DNA of 64,000 nt from an uncultured bacterium. GTDB lineage: Bacteria; Myxococcota_A; Polyangia; Polyangiales; Houyiibacteriaceae. This document shows, in pieces, positions 29,149-38,677 of the stretch (the first letter of the stretch is position 1; each line of letters begins with the position of its first letter). A program made the position numbers and the translations under genes. The notes below the pieces were generated by a model. That model searched no databases. It saw nothing but the letters and a program-made list of their open reading frames with translations, and was not told the DNA's origin. The stretch is taken from the NCBI GenBank assembly GCA_938024995.1, contig CALJDU010000006.1, forward strand, positions 83,052 through 147,051, written 5' to 3'.

Positions 29149-29450
29149 GGTCTTTTTCGAGCTTTTTCGAGACCCTCTCTCCCTTCGGTCGATTCACCCA
29201 AACGTTCGCTGCGCTCAAGTCTCGCTCCCGTGAGTTCGCCGAAGGTCTCTTGTTCGGCGCGGGTTTCGCGAACTCCCGTGAGCTCGGTTCCGAAGACTTT
29301 GTCTTCGGGGGTTCTTGCCGAGGTCGTTGGTTGGCGCTGGGGTCTTTTTCGAGACCCTCTCTCCCTTCGGTCGATTCACCCAAACGTTCGCTGCGCTCAA
29401 GTCTCGCTCCCGTGAGTTCGCCGAAGGTCTCCTGTTCGGCGCGAAGATCG
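29149..29450. repeat. Two direct copies (~105 bp, ~97% identical) of a hairpin + conserved-tail repeat (ggtctttttcgagaccc…cacccaaacgttcgctgcgctcaag)
   Basis: Copy 1 ~29149-29270, copy 2 ~29340-29450. Palindrome ggtctcgaaaaagacc; the tail is related to the tRNA-array repeat family. Confidence 0.6.
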
Positions 29451-29491
29451 GGGTTCTGGCTGATCGAGGATGTTTCTGACAGAGTCTGCCC

Positions 29492-30277
29492 ATGCTTTGG
29501 ATCTGCAGGGTGCGCTTCCTTCACGTGCTCGCGTGTGCACTTTTGGTGAGCGTGATGGTTGCTGGCTGCGCCTACCCGCGCCGCGGTACCGCGCTGTCGA
29601 CCGTTCGTGACTCCGCGGGCCTGAGCTCGCCCAGCGATGTGGTTCGCATTCGCTTCCTCTCGGCCCAGATCTCGCCTCGCGAGCGAAGCGGCCTGGAGTG
29701 GGACAGCGATGGAACCGGGCCGGACACGATCATTCGCATCTACCGCGACGACACCTTGATCTATGAGAGCGAGCCATACCCGAACTCGATCGCGCCTGAG
29801 TTTGGTTTCACCAGCGGCAACCTGAGCCTGCCCGCGAGCTCCGTGGTTCGGATCGAGCTCTGGGATGATGACGGGCTCACGGCGGCGACGATCGGCACCT
29901 GGCGCGGACGCGGGCTTCCGCAGAATGCCTTGCCGGGCGCAGACGCGGCGTTGATGCTCGAGGGGCGCTCCCAGTTGATGTTCCGCGTCGTTCACCCACA
30001 AGCGTTCCGCGGCGTCGGCATTGAAGAGTATGAGTACCGCGGCGAGTCGTTGAAGGTCCTCAGTGTCATTCGACGCTCCCCGGCGGGTCGCGCTGGCGTC
30101 GAAGTGGGCGATGAGATCGTCTCGGTGGGGACTCAAAAGATCGACGACCTCGATGAGGTGCGCGCAGCGAGCGCCATCTCCATGGCCGGCTCGCGACCCA
30201 CGACGATCACCGTTCAGCGGGGAACCGAACGCGAGGTTCTTGAGCTCGACGGCGGTTACACATGGACCGCGGACTGA
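29492..30277 (+). CDS. Lipoprotein with C-terminal PDZ domain
   Basis: Signal LLVSVMVAGC|AYP; PDZ-like GVEVGDEIVSVGTQKIDDLDEV. Confidence 0.5.
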   Translation: MLWICRVRFLHVLACALLVSVMVAGCAYPRRGTALSTVRDSAGLSSPSDVVRIRFLSAQISPRERSGLEWDSDGTGPDTIIRIYRDDTLIYESEPYPNSIAPEFGFTSGNLSLPASSVVRIELWDDDGLTAATIGTWRGRGLPQNALPGADAALMLEGRSQLMFRVVHPQAFRGVGIEEYEYRGESLKVLSVIRRSPAGRAGVEVGDEIVSVGTQKIDDLDEVRAASAISMAGSRPTTITVQRGTEREVLELDGGYTWTAD

Positions 30278-30849
30278 TCGCGGCTGGAGCGCTCTTCGGG
30301 GCGCTCCTCTTCGCGATCCCGAACACCGCTCTGGCGGACGCGCAGATCTCGGCGCGCCTGGTGACCGGGCTGGGGAGCTCGCTGGGGTCCCTTGATCGCG
30401 AGCTGTTGATCGATACGGGTCTCCGCTCGGAGGTGATGTTCGGCGCGCCGGGCGATGAGCACTTCCGTGTTGGCCCCGCGCTCGACATTCGGACGGCCGA
30501 CTTTCACACCCTCGAAGGGTCGCTTGGAGCCGCCGTGTTGCTCCCGATTGTTCGCGGGTTCCCGATCGTGCTGAGCGCCTCGGCGGGCTACGCGTTTCGG
30601 CGCGATCCGCAGGCGAGCGGCGCCATTTTCGTCGGCACGCTAGCGTGGGGCTACCGCAGCTACGACTTCCACGGTACCTATGGTCTTGCGTTTCAGGTGT
30701 ACTGCTCTGCGCGAGTTCATCTGAATGAGCCGAGCCGCTATGAAGTGACCGCAGGCATTGAACTGGATCTCGAGATCCTGGTTGGCGTTCCGTACGCCTT
30801 CTTTCGCTCGCTCGCCCGACGCGGGCGCCCCGAAGAACCCAACGAGTAG
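30262..30849 (+). CDS. Secreted hypothetical protein (possible small beta-barrel)
   Basis: Signal peptide ending ALA|DAQ; alternating hydrophobic pattern; C-terminal …YAFF. Confidence 0.4.
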   Translation: MDRGLIAAGALFGALLFAIPNTALADAQISARLVTGLGSSLGSLDRELLIDTGLRSEVMFGAPGDEHFRVGPALDIRTADFHTLEGSLGAAVLLPIVRGFPIVLSASAGYAFRRDPQASGAIFVGTLAWGYRSYDFHGTYGLAFQVYCSARVHLNEPSRYEVTAGIELDLEILVGVPYAFFRSLARRGRPEEPNE

Positions 30850-31456
30850 ACCTGCTCTCGTTCGCGCGTCGCGTAGCGAAAATGCTCGTGTGTGCGACGC
30901 GAACACTCTGTTTTTGAGGAGAATCGCGTCGGCACGCGGGTTGCTTTGTCCTGGGTCGCCGTCCTGCTCAAGGCACCCTCGAGCCCGCTCAGTGAATTGG
31001 TGGTGGGTGTACCTGGGACAGCACCGGACTGTTAATCCGATAACAATGGTTACTTCTTTAGGTAAGAAGCGAGGTTCGAAACCTCTTTGACTCCTCTGGG
31101 GTCGCATTTGGTCTTTCACACCGAAAACACAAATCGCTTGGTGGGTCTCTCGTCGAGTCGGTCAGGAGCGCTTGGGTTCGCCTTCGCCGTTCTCTCCGGC
31201 GCTGTCGTTACGCACCTGCAGCGGGACACGCGTTGATTTCGGTCTTCGCGCGGCCGCGAGTGTTTGGGATCAAGAGGTCCGAAAACATCTCGCCGCTCGT
31301 CCCGCTCCGTGCGTCCTGACAAGGCGAGGGACCACCCGAGCACAATCTCTTGCTGACGACCCCTCGTCTTCGGCGAATCGCTCAGCTCGTTCTCATCGTC
31401 GCGATCGCGTTACCGGTCGCCGGGGCGTTCCTGCGTCCATCACCAGGAGGTGAATC

Positions 31457-32545
31457 ATGTTGTTCAAGAACTACGACATCAACGACGACCAGTTTGGGGT
31501 GCTGACGCAGAAGGGTCGCGCGACGCGTTTCCTTTCGCCGGGACGCCACGTGGTCTGGTTCCCGGACGCGGCGACCAACGTTCAGAAGATCGACGCCGAC
31601 CGTGGTTACACCATCGCGCGTCCTGAGGTGGAGGCGCTCCTGCCGAGCGGGATCGCCGAGGTCCTCGAGGTCGGGCGCAGCGAGGTCGCGCTGATCTCGA
31701 TCGACGGGATCCCATCCGCGGTGTTGCGCCCGGGTCGCTACTTCCTTTGGAAGACGCGCGCGAACGTGACCGCGGACCTGGTCTCGACGTCAACGGTGCG
31801 GGCCAATCTATCGCCTCCGTTTCGTGTCCTCGCGCAAGCGGCTCGCGTGACGACGTCGGTCGCGGTGCAGTCATACCAGAGCGCGTTGGTCTACGTGGAC
31901 GGGGAGCACGTCGACACCGTCGCGGCGGGTATCCACAGCTTCTTCACGGTGGACACGCAGGTGCGCTTTCATCTCGTGGATCTCCGGCTCGCGGAGTTCT
32001 CGGTCGCGTCCCAAGAGGTCATGACAGCGGACAAGGTGACGCTGCGCGTGAACCTGCAGGGGCGCTACCGGGTCGTGGATCCGGTCGCGAGCGTGCATCA
32101 GGCGACCTCGCGTGAAGACACGATCTACGTGGCGGTTCAGCTCGCGGCGCGTCGCTACATCGCGGGTCACACCGTCGACCAGCTCCTCGAGGGGCGCGAC
32201 GAGGTGAGCCGCGTGATGCGGGCCGAGCTGGCGCCGCTCGCGAAGGAGCTCGGGCTCGAGATCGCCGACGTGGACGTCAAGGACATCATCTTGCCCGGCG
32301 AGATGAAGACGATCCTGAACCAGGTGATCGAGGCGCAAAAGCGCGCGGAGGCCCACGCGATCGCGCGTCGCGAGGAGACCGCGGCCACGCGTTCGCTCGC
32401 GAACACCGCGCGCGTTCTCGAGAACAACCCGATGCTGATGAAGCTGAAGGAGCTCGAGGCGCTCAAGGAGATCGCGGAGACCGTGGGCGAGGTGAAGCTC
32501 GTTGCGGGTCAGGACCTGCTGGCCAAGTTGAGCTTGTCGAGCTGA
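31457..32545 (+). CDS. SPFH/Band 7 (stomatin/HflC-like) domain protein
   Basis: Central SPFH region; C-terminal DVDVKDIILPGEMKTILNQVIEAQKRAEA coiled-coil typical of band 7 proteins. A strong RBS (aggagg) precedes the ATG. Confidence 0.6.
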   Translation: MLFKNYDINDDQFGVLTQKGRATRFLSPGRHVVWFPDAATNVQKIDADRGYTIARPEVEALLPSGIAEVLEVGRSEVALISIDGIPSAVLRPGRYFLWKTRANVTADLVSTSTVRANLSPPFRVLAQAARVTTSVAVQSYQSALVYVDGEHVDTVAAGIHSFFTVDTQVRFHLVDLRLAEFSVASQEVMTADKVTLRVNLQGRYRVVDPVASVHQATSREDTIYVAVQLAARRYIAGHTVDQLLEGRDEVSRVMRAELAPLAKELGLEIADVDVKDIILPGEMKTILNQVIEAQKRAEAHAIARREETAATRSLANTARVLENNPMLMKLKELEALKEIAETVGEVKLVAGQDLLAKLSLSS

Positions 32546-32669
32546 CGTCCGCGAGCGCTGAGCCAAAGAAGGAAAGAGAGCAAAGGGCCGATCGCGTTTG
32601 CGGTCTCCCTGTTCTCGTTGTCCGCTCTTTCTCTTTGTCGCGATCACGAAAACTGCGAACCTGGTTGGG

Positions 32670-33026
32670 ATGGAGACCGAACCGCTCATCTCGCGATTGG
32701 CGAGCGCGCAGCTCGCGGCATACAACGACGCGGACCTCGATCGTTTCTGTGCGTGCTACGCGGCCGACGTGGTCGTGCTGTCCGAGAGCGGCGATGTTGA
32801 GGTGACCGGGATCAGCGCGTTCCGCGAACGTTACGCAGCGCTGTTTGCGCGCGGGGCGACCGCGTTCGGCGCGAGCGTGGATCAACGCGTGATCAGCGGG
32901 CGTCACATCGTCGAGCGCGAGCAGTATTTCCGCGTGGACAACGCTGGCTCACGCATCGAAGGCGAGGTCCTCGTCCGCTACACCGAAAGAGACGGCAAAA
33001 TCGCGGTCGCCCAGTTCTTTTCCTAG
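32670..33026 (+). CDS. NTF2-like/SnoaL-like small protein
   Basis: 118 aa from ATG 32670; pattern …AAYNDADLDRFCACYAADVVV… is typical of the SnoaL_2/DUF4440 cone-shaped fold. Confidence 0.45.
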   Translation: METEPLISRLASAQLAAYNDADLDRFCACYAADVVVLSESGDVEVTGISAFRERYAALFARGATAFGASVDQRVISGRHIVEREQYFRVDNAGSRIEGEVLVRYTERDGKIAVAQFFS

Positions 33027-33177
33027 GCGTCGAGTTGTAGGCAAGTGTGCGAAAAGGTGGGGACAGTGCGCCCCATTTGAGCCAAATCGTCGCGTTTTCC
33101 GTTGTTCATGGTCTCAATAACATTAGCGTTATTGGTATTGGCGAGTTGGCTCGCCATTTGCTCTATTGGTGAGCGGC

Positions 33178-34323
33178 ATGGAACGGAACCCTCGATACAG
33201 ACTTATCTGCCTCTTGCTCGCGATCACTTGGATCGCGGCGGGCTGCATTGGAGACATCAGCCACGAGACGGCGAGCGATCGTCCCTATGACCCGGAGCCG
33301 GACATCGACGTGATGGAGGATCCGGATCCGATGGCAGACCCGGACCCGGACCCCGACCCCGAGCCAACGCCCGACCCGGATCCGGATCCGATGCCTGACC
33401 CCGATCCTGACCCCGAGCCCGAGCCTGATCCCGAGCCGACGCCCGATCCCGAGCCGATGCCGGATCCAGATCCGATGCCGGATCCAGATCCGATGCCCGA
33501 TCCGGACCCGACGCGTGAGTGTTACACAGAGGAGCTCCACCCCGAGGCGGACATCTCCGACATCGTCGCGCGCTACGGAGGCGCCGATTGGAAAGACGAG
33601 CTCATCCAGGCGGTCTCACGACGCCACCCAGCGAGCGGTTTCCTGCTCGAGGCACAGCGTGATGACAGCTACTTCACGACGTTCTCCGATCCGAGCAACT
33701 GGACGAACATGGTCGAGTGGCTCGACACGCTCGTTCACGAGCAGACGCACCTCTTCGACGCCTATCACGCGATCGCCCGCGGCGAGTACCACAGCATCTA
33801 CGTTCGTGAGGACGCGATTCACTACTTGGACTCGTCTATCGATGGCTTCCCGCGTCGCGAGATCCTCTCGATGGTCCGCGTTCACCCCAGCGGCCAGTAC
33901 GCGACGACGTACCTGACCGGCTACCAAGGGGATCGCGGTTTCATCCCGATGCTCGACGAGACCGCGTCGTACATCAACGAGCTCGCGACGCTCTCGGTGA
34001 TGGGTGAGTACTACCCAATGCACGGCGTCTCGCTCCGCGATGGCTCAGTCGCGTTTCTCTACTTCCTCCAGCTCTACCTGAAGCGCGCGCGCGAAGCGCA
34101 TCCGGAGTTTTACGATCGCATCCGCCGCAACGCGACGGTTCAGGAGATCGTGAAGACGCACTGGCTCCGCACGCACTTCTTCTTGGAGTACGCCGACCGC
34201 TTCCCGCGGCTCGGGATCAGCGATGGTGACTATCGTGAAGCCATGTACTGGCCGGAGAACCTGATGGAGATCGAGATGTTCCTCGGGCGTCGGGTCGGCG
34301 ACTCCAACTGCTTTCTCGACTGA
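33178..34323 (+). CDS. Lipoprotein with Pro-Asp repeat linker and C-terminal HExxH (zincin-like) domain
   Basis: Signal LICLLLAITWIAAGC; ~90-aa (P-D/E-P) repeat; HEQTHLFD matches HExxH. Confidence 0.5.
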   Translation: MERNPRYRLICLLLAITWIAAGCIGDISHETASDRPYDPEPDIDVMEDPDPMADPDPDPDPEPTPDPDPDPMPDPDPDPEPEPDPEPTPDPEPMPDPDPMPDPDPMPDPDPTRECYTEELHPEADISDIVARYGGADWKDELIQAVSRRHPASGFLLEAQRDDSYFTTFSDPSNWTNMVEWLDTLVHEQTHLFDAYHAIARGEYHSIYVREDAIHYLDSSIDGFPRREILSMVRVHPSGQYATTYLTGYQGDRGFIPMLDETASYINELATLSVMGEYYPMHGVSLRDGSVAFLYFLQLYLKRAREAHPEFYDRIRRNATVQEIVKTHWLRTHFFLEYADRFPRLGISDGDYREAMYWPENLMEIEMFLGRRVGDSNCFLD

Positions 34324-34375
34324 CCGGACTTGCCCAGCTCAAGGTCTGCACTCACGCACGAGACATGACGCTCTC

Positions 34376-34576
34376 GTGGTGCTTCGACAGGACGACAACG
34401 GAAACGTTTTTGAGGTGAAGCGGTTCGCCGACGAGTCCGCCGCGAACGAAGTCGCGGTCGCGATGGAGGCGAAGGGTCACAAGCAGATCTACTGGGTCGA
34501 GCGACTCGCAGATCATGCGCGGAAGAAAGATCACCTGAACGATCTCGAGACAGGCGCACAGATCTCCCGGTTTTGA
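34376..34576 (+). CDS. Small hypothetical protein (66 aa)
   Basis: GTG-start ORF; hydrophilic; opposite-strand alternatives are low-complexity. Weak call. Confidence 0.25.
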   Translation: MVLRQDDNGNVFEVKRFADESAANEVAVAMEAKGHKQIYWVERLADHARKKDHLNDLETGAQISRF

Positions 34577-34893
34577 GCTTCCAAGTGCGCAGACTTCGTA
34601 CGCGAGGGTTGACACTTCTCACACAGGCCCCATCCTTTAAATAGGGGATGACCGACCGCGACGAAAAAGGGCTGCTTGAGAAGGCCAAAGACGCGGTCCA
34701 GGGAATGGTCGACTCCATCGTCGAGACCGTCGCGGAGGTGCTCGCACCCGAGCCGCAGCTCATCCCGATCCCGGTTCGCCCCCGTCGTCCGAGGCGCCGC
34801 CGAACGCGACGTCGGTACTGACCGCGGTCTCGACGACCACGTCTCGACGACCACGTCTCGACGACCCGACTCGATTTCGCGCATCCTCCCGGC

Positions 34894-36213
34894 ATGCGCG
34901 TTTTTCTTTGGTCGGTAGGTCTGTGCTTCCTCAGCGTCGCGTGCGGCGATGACGATCGTCCGCGCGACGCGATGCCGTCGGACACGGGTTCCGATGCGGC
35001 CGACACCAACACGGCCGACACCGACACGGCCGACACCAACACGGACACGGAGGTTGCTGACGCGGACGCGGGAACGGCCGGATGCCGAGAGAGCTTGATC
35101 GCGAACATGACGTTCCCGGCGGCCCCTGGATTTCGTCGCACGCAGGTTCAGCCTGACTTCGCGTTTGATGGCGAGAAGTTCTGGGTGTCGCTCACGGTCG
35201 ACGAAGGCGAAGAGTCCTCCAAGCTGGATGTCTACGGTGTGCACGTACGGTGCGACGGCAGCACCGGCGAGCCGTTCCCGGTCGGGACCACGACGGAAGG
35301 AAATGACGGGGACGCCGCGGTCGCGATCGGCAACGACCGCGCGATGTTCGCGTGGCAGCTCGATGACGGAACCGGTGGCTCGGGCAACCTCGATATTCGC
35401 GTCCGCGCGTTCGCGCTCGACGGCACACCCCAAGGTGACGACGTCCTGGTGGAGACCACGTTGGATGGCGCGCCGTTCACCGGCTCGATGTGGATGGCGG
35501 AGATCGCGCCGACGGCGGACGGCTTCGTCGTGGTCGGGAGCCGCGCGGTCGAGTCCCGAAGCGCCTTCAATGTGTTCGCCTACAATGTGGGTCTCGATGG
35601 CGGCGCGGTCGGCGAGACGATTGACGTGATGCCCGCGATGGACAACCAGCTCGAGCCCTCGGTCGCGGTGAGCAGCGCGGGAGACGTTCACCTCGCTTGG
35701 AACGCGCAGCTCGACCCGAACGACGAAGCGCGTCACCTCGCGATCGGCGACTCCGAAGCGCGCCCGATCGTTGCCGACGTCTTGCTCTCCGGCGCGGCCG
35801 ACATCGCGATCGATCCTGCGCACCCAGAGCGACGGCTCGTCGCGGTTCAGGCGGGAGGCTCGAGCGATGCCGACATTCACATCGTCGATGTGGCTTCTGC
35901 CGCGCAGAACAGCGATTCGGTGGGCGCGCTTGGTCGACTGGACATCGCGCCTCAGATCGCGGCCATCGAAGATGGCGGCGCGGTCGTGTTCCTGCGCAAC
36001 GTCCGTGGCATCCGCAACGAGCTCTTCGTCGCGTTCTACGACTACGACGGGTCCACACTCACGATCGATGCGCCGATCCAGGTTGAAACGGTCGAGCCCG
36101 TCGCGACGTACGTTCCAGGTATCACGCACATGTTCGACGACACGTACGCCATCGTCTGGAGCGAAGGGATATCCCCCGGCTTCAAGGTCATGACGCGAAT
36201 CGTGGAGCGCTGA
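34894..36213 (+). CDS. Secreted lipoprotein, hypothetical (repeat-rich; loosely resembles the 9472-10800 protein)
   Basis: Signal MRVFLWSVGLCFLSVAC|GDDD; TD-rich linker (ADTNTADTDTADTNTDTE); repeated beta-strand-like units. Confidence 0.5.
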   Translation: MRVFLWSVGLCFLSVACGDDDRPRDAMPSDTGSDAADTNTADTDTADTNTDTEVADADAGTAGCRESLIANMTFPAAPGFRRTQVQPDFAFDGEKFWVSLTVDEGEESSKLDVYGVHVRCDGSTGEPFPVGTTTEGNDGDAAVAIGNDRAMFAWQLDDGTGGSGNLDIRVRAFALDGTPQGDDVLVETTLDGAPFTGSMWMAEIAPTADGFVVVGSRAVESRSAFNVFAYNVGLDGGAVGETIDVMPAMDNQLEPSVAVSSAGDVHLAWNAQLDPNDEARHLAIGDSEARPIVADVLLSGAADIAIDPAHPERRLVAVQAGGSSDADIHIVDVASAAQNSDSVGALGRLDIAPQIAAIEDGGAVVFLRNVRGIRNELFVAFYDYDGSTLTIDAPIQVETVEPVATYVPGITHMFDDTYAIVWSEGISPGFKVMTRIVER

Positions 36214-36223
36214 ACTCGGGCGG

Positions 36224-37102
36224 CTAGCGGAGGAAGCTCTCGAGGTCGCTGACGGACTCGAGGATCTTCGCTCGGGTCCCCTTGAAGCGGAGCGCGCCGC
36301 GTCCGCCAAATACAAGGTCGACGCCCACCGGGAGCTCTCGCGCGATCATCTCGACCTGCGTCTTGTTCTGTTCTGACTCGTTCACCAACGAGAGCATCAC
36401 GACGTTCGCGTTGGACTCGATCGCGGCGTAGAGGATCTCTTCGGCGGGGAGGTCGGCGCCGAGGTAGATGAGCTCCCAGCCGTGCGCTGCGGCGAGGAGA
36501 CCTACTGTCAAGATCCCGAACTCGTGTCGCTCGCCGCTCGGCGTCGCGACCACCACGCGTCGCGCGTTGCTCTTCGGATACGTGCGGGTCAACGAGATAA
36601 CGAGGCTGCGAATGCAAGTACACGCGATGTGCTGATGCACGATCCGCATGGCGCCGGCTTCCCACATTTCGCCGACGCGCTTGAGGATCGGGTTCACGAC
36701 CTGATCGATCAGCTCGTGGGGTCCAAGCGAGATCGAGGCGCGCCCGAGGATCTGCTCCGCGCCGCCCACGTCGAAGTTGAGGATCGAGTCGACGAATTCA
36801 TCCACGAGCTGCGGGGGCTCGGCACGTCGAAACGGCTTGGAACTCACCCGCTCCATCCGCTCCAGCTCCGGGGTCTGAAGCGTGGCGATGGTGCCGATGG
36901 AGTGGCCCCGATCCGTTAGGCGCTTCAGGAGAGCGAGACGCTCCACGTTCTCATCGTCGTAGAGACGACCGCCAGCGGGCGTACGGTCAGGAACAACAGC
37001 TGCGTAGCGCTTCTCCCACATCCGCAGGGTGTGAGTGGAAAGCCCCGTAAGTCGCGCGACCATGCCGACGCGGTACCGAGCGCTCTGCGCAGATGTTGTC
37101 AT
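36224..37102 (-). CDS. MerR-family transcriptional regulator with C-terminal cobalamin-binding domain (CarH/LitR-like)
   Basis: N-terminal MerR HTH (YRVGMVARLTGLSTHTLRMWEKRY). C-terminal B12-binding Rossmann segment VVVATPSGERHEFGILTVGLLAAAHGWELIYLGADLP (E/DxHxxG…G). Confidence 0.65.
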   Translation of the reverse strand: MTTSAQSARYRVGMVARLTGLSTHTLRMWEKRYAAVVPDRTPAGGRLYDDENVERLALLKRLTDRGHSIGTIATLQTPELERMERVSSKPFRRAEPPQLVDEFVDSILNFDVGGAEQILGRASISLGPHELIDQVVNPILKRVGEMWEAGAMRIVHQHIACTCIRSLVISLTRTYPKSNARRVVVATPSGERHEFGILTVGLLAAAHGWELIYLGADLPAEEILYAAIESNANVVMLSLVNESEQNKTQVEMIARELPVGVDLVFGGRGALRFKGTRAKILESVSDLESFLR

Positions 37103-37224
37103 ACTTAATGTCTAAGTTGAACTAGGGTTTGAGTCAACGCTGTGTCAGTTTTTTGAGTTTAAACCTTGACGCCCGTAGCACTTATGCCTAACTAAAATGC
37201 AACCATGCTTATACAGGAGTGTAA

Positions 37225-38625
37225 ATGCGTCTAAGTTTGATTCTAGGTTTGGCTCTCTCTCTCATGACCGTCGGCTGTGGCGACGATGATACGGGTGTTG
37301 AAGACACCGGTTCACCCGATGCGGGTGACACGGGTGGCGAAGACACTGGTGGGGGTGGTTCCGCGATGGTCCGCCTGCTTCATCTCTCGCCCGATGCGCC
37401 CGCGGTCGACATCTTCCTGAACGGCGAGCGAAGCCCGCTCACCGGTCTCGCGTTCCCGAACGGCACGCCGTACGCCGAGCTTCCCGCCGGCTCCTACGAC
37501 GTCGACATCGTCCCCGCGGGTGGCGAGATCGGCGACAGCGTCTTGACCGTTCAGGACCTCGCGCTCGAAGCCGACACCATGTACTCGGCCGCCGCCATCG
37601 GCACCGTTGCGGGTGACCCGGCTCTCGCGGCGCTCCCGATCGTTGACTCGGCCGCTGACCTCGACGCTGCGAACATCCGCGTTCGCGCGATTCACGCCGC
37701 GGCTGCGGTGGGCCAGGTCGACATCTGGAACATCACCGATCCCGCCGCGCCTGCTGCGCTCTACGAAGACGTCGACTTCGGCGTCGCCGGAGACGCGCTC
37801 GACGTACCGGCCGGTGCCTACACGATCGGTCTCGACGTCGACGACGACGCCACCCCCGACGTGATCTTCGAGCTCCCCGAGCTCGCGGGCGGCACGGTCG
37901 TCAATCTCTACGCTGTCAACGACATGGAGGGCAACGTCTTCATCCAGGCGGCGCTTCCGGACGGCACCTACGCGCGCATCGACCCGACCGAGGCCGGCTC
38001 CGCGATGGTCCGCCTCCTTCACATCGCGAACGACGCGCCCGCGGTCGACATCTTCATCAACGGTGAGCGCAGCCCGGTCACCGGTTTTGAGTTCGGCGAG
38101 ACCACGCCGTACGTAGAGCTCGACGCCGGCGCCTACGAGATCGACATCGTTCCGGCTGGCCTCGAGCTCGCTGACAGCGTGTTCAACATCCCGTCCCTCG
38201 CGCTCGAAGCGAACACCTCCTACTCCGCGGCGGCCATCGGTACGCTCGCGGGCGACCCGGCGTTCTCGGTTCTCCCGATCGTCGACAGCGGCGCCGACCT
38301 CGCGGACGGCAACATCCGGGTCCGCGCGATCCACGCGGCCTCCTCCGTCGGCCAGGTCGACATCTGGAACATCACCGACACCCCCGCGCCGCTCTACGAA
38401 GACGTGGATTTCGGCGTCGCGGGTGACGCGCTCGACGTGCCCGCGGGCGCCTACACCATCGGCTTCGATGTCGACGACGACGCGACCCCCGACGTGACCT
38501 TCGCGCTCCCGGATCTCCCGGCGGGCACGGTGGTCAACCTCTACGCCGCGAACGAGATGGACGGCACCGTCTTCCTCATCGCTGCGCTTCCCGACGGCAC
38601 CTCCGCGCGCATCGACGCGGAGTAA
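37225..38625 (+). CDS. Lipoprotein with two tandem DUF4397-like domains
   Basis: Signal LALSLMTVGC|GDDD; two ~205-aa repeats, each starting GSAMVRLLH(L/I)(S/A)(P/N)DAPAVDIF(L/I)NGERSP…. Confidence 0.55.
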   Translation: MRLSLILGLALSLMTVGCGDDDTGVEDTGSPDAGDTGGEDTGGGGSAMVRLLHLSPDAPAVDIFLNGERSPLTGLAFPNGTPYAELPAGSYDVDIVPAGGEIGDSVLTVQDLALEADTMYSAAAIGTVAGDPALAALPIVDSAADLDAANIRVRAIHAAAAVGQVDIWNITDPAAPAALYEDVDFGVAGDALDVPAGAYTIGLDVDDDATPDVIFELPELAGGTVVNLYAVNDMEGNVFIQAALPDGTYARIDPTEAGSAMVRLLHIANDAPAVDIFINGERSPVTGFEFGETTPYVELDAGAYEIDIVPAGLELADSVFNIPSLALEANTSYSAAAIGTLAGDPAFSVLPIVDSGADLADGNIRVRAIHAASSVGQVDIWNITDTPAPLYEDVDFGVAGDALDVPAGAYTIGFDVDDDATPDVTFALPDLPAGTVVNLYAANEMDGTVFLIAALPDGTSARIDAE

Positions 38626-38677
38626 CAAAGGCTCTGCAGCTCCCGCTGCGAGATTCCAATTCTCCTCTGCCGCGCCG

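Noticed and set aside
29117-30136. 339-aa minus-strand ORF
   Set aside because: Antisense to the PDZ lipoprotein gene and running through the 29.1-29.5 kb direct repeats. R/G/P-rich, with no motifs.
34651-34821. 56-aa + strand ORF (MTDRDEKGLLEKAKDAVQGMVDSIVETVAEV…RPRRPRRRRTRRRY)
   Set aside because: Below the ORF-track size threshold and without a recognisable family. It is a possible small basic protein but unsupported, so it was not listed as a feature.
34230-36315. Minus-strand ORFs 34230..35141 and 34531..36315
   Set aside because: Antisense to the lipoprotein gene 34894..36213 and the small + strand ORFs. Arg-rich low-complexity translations.
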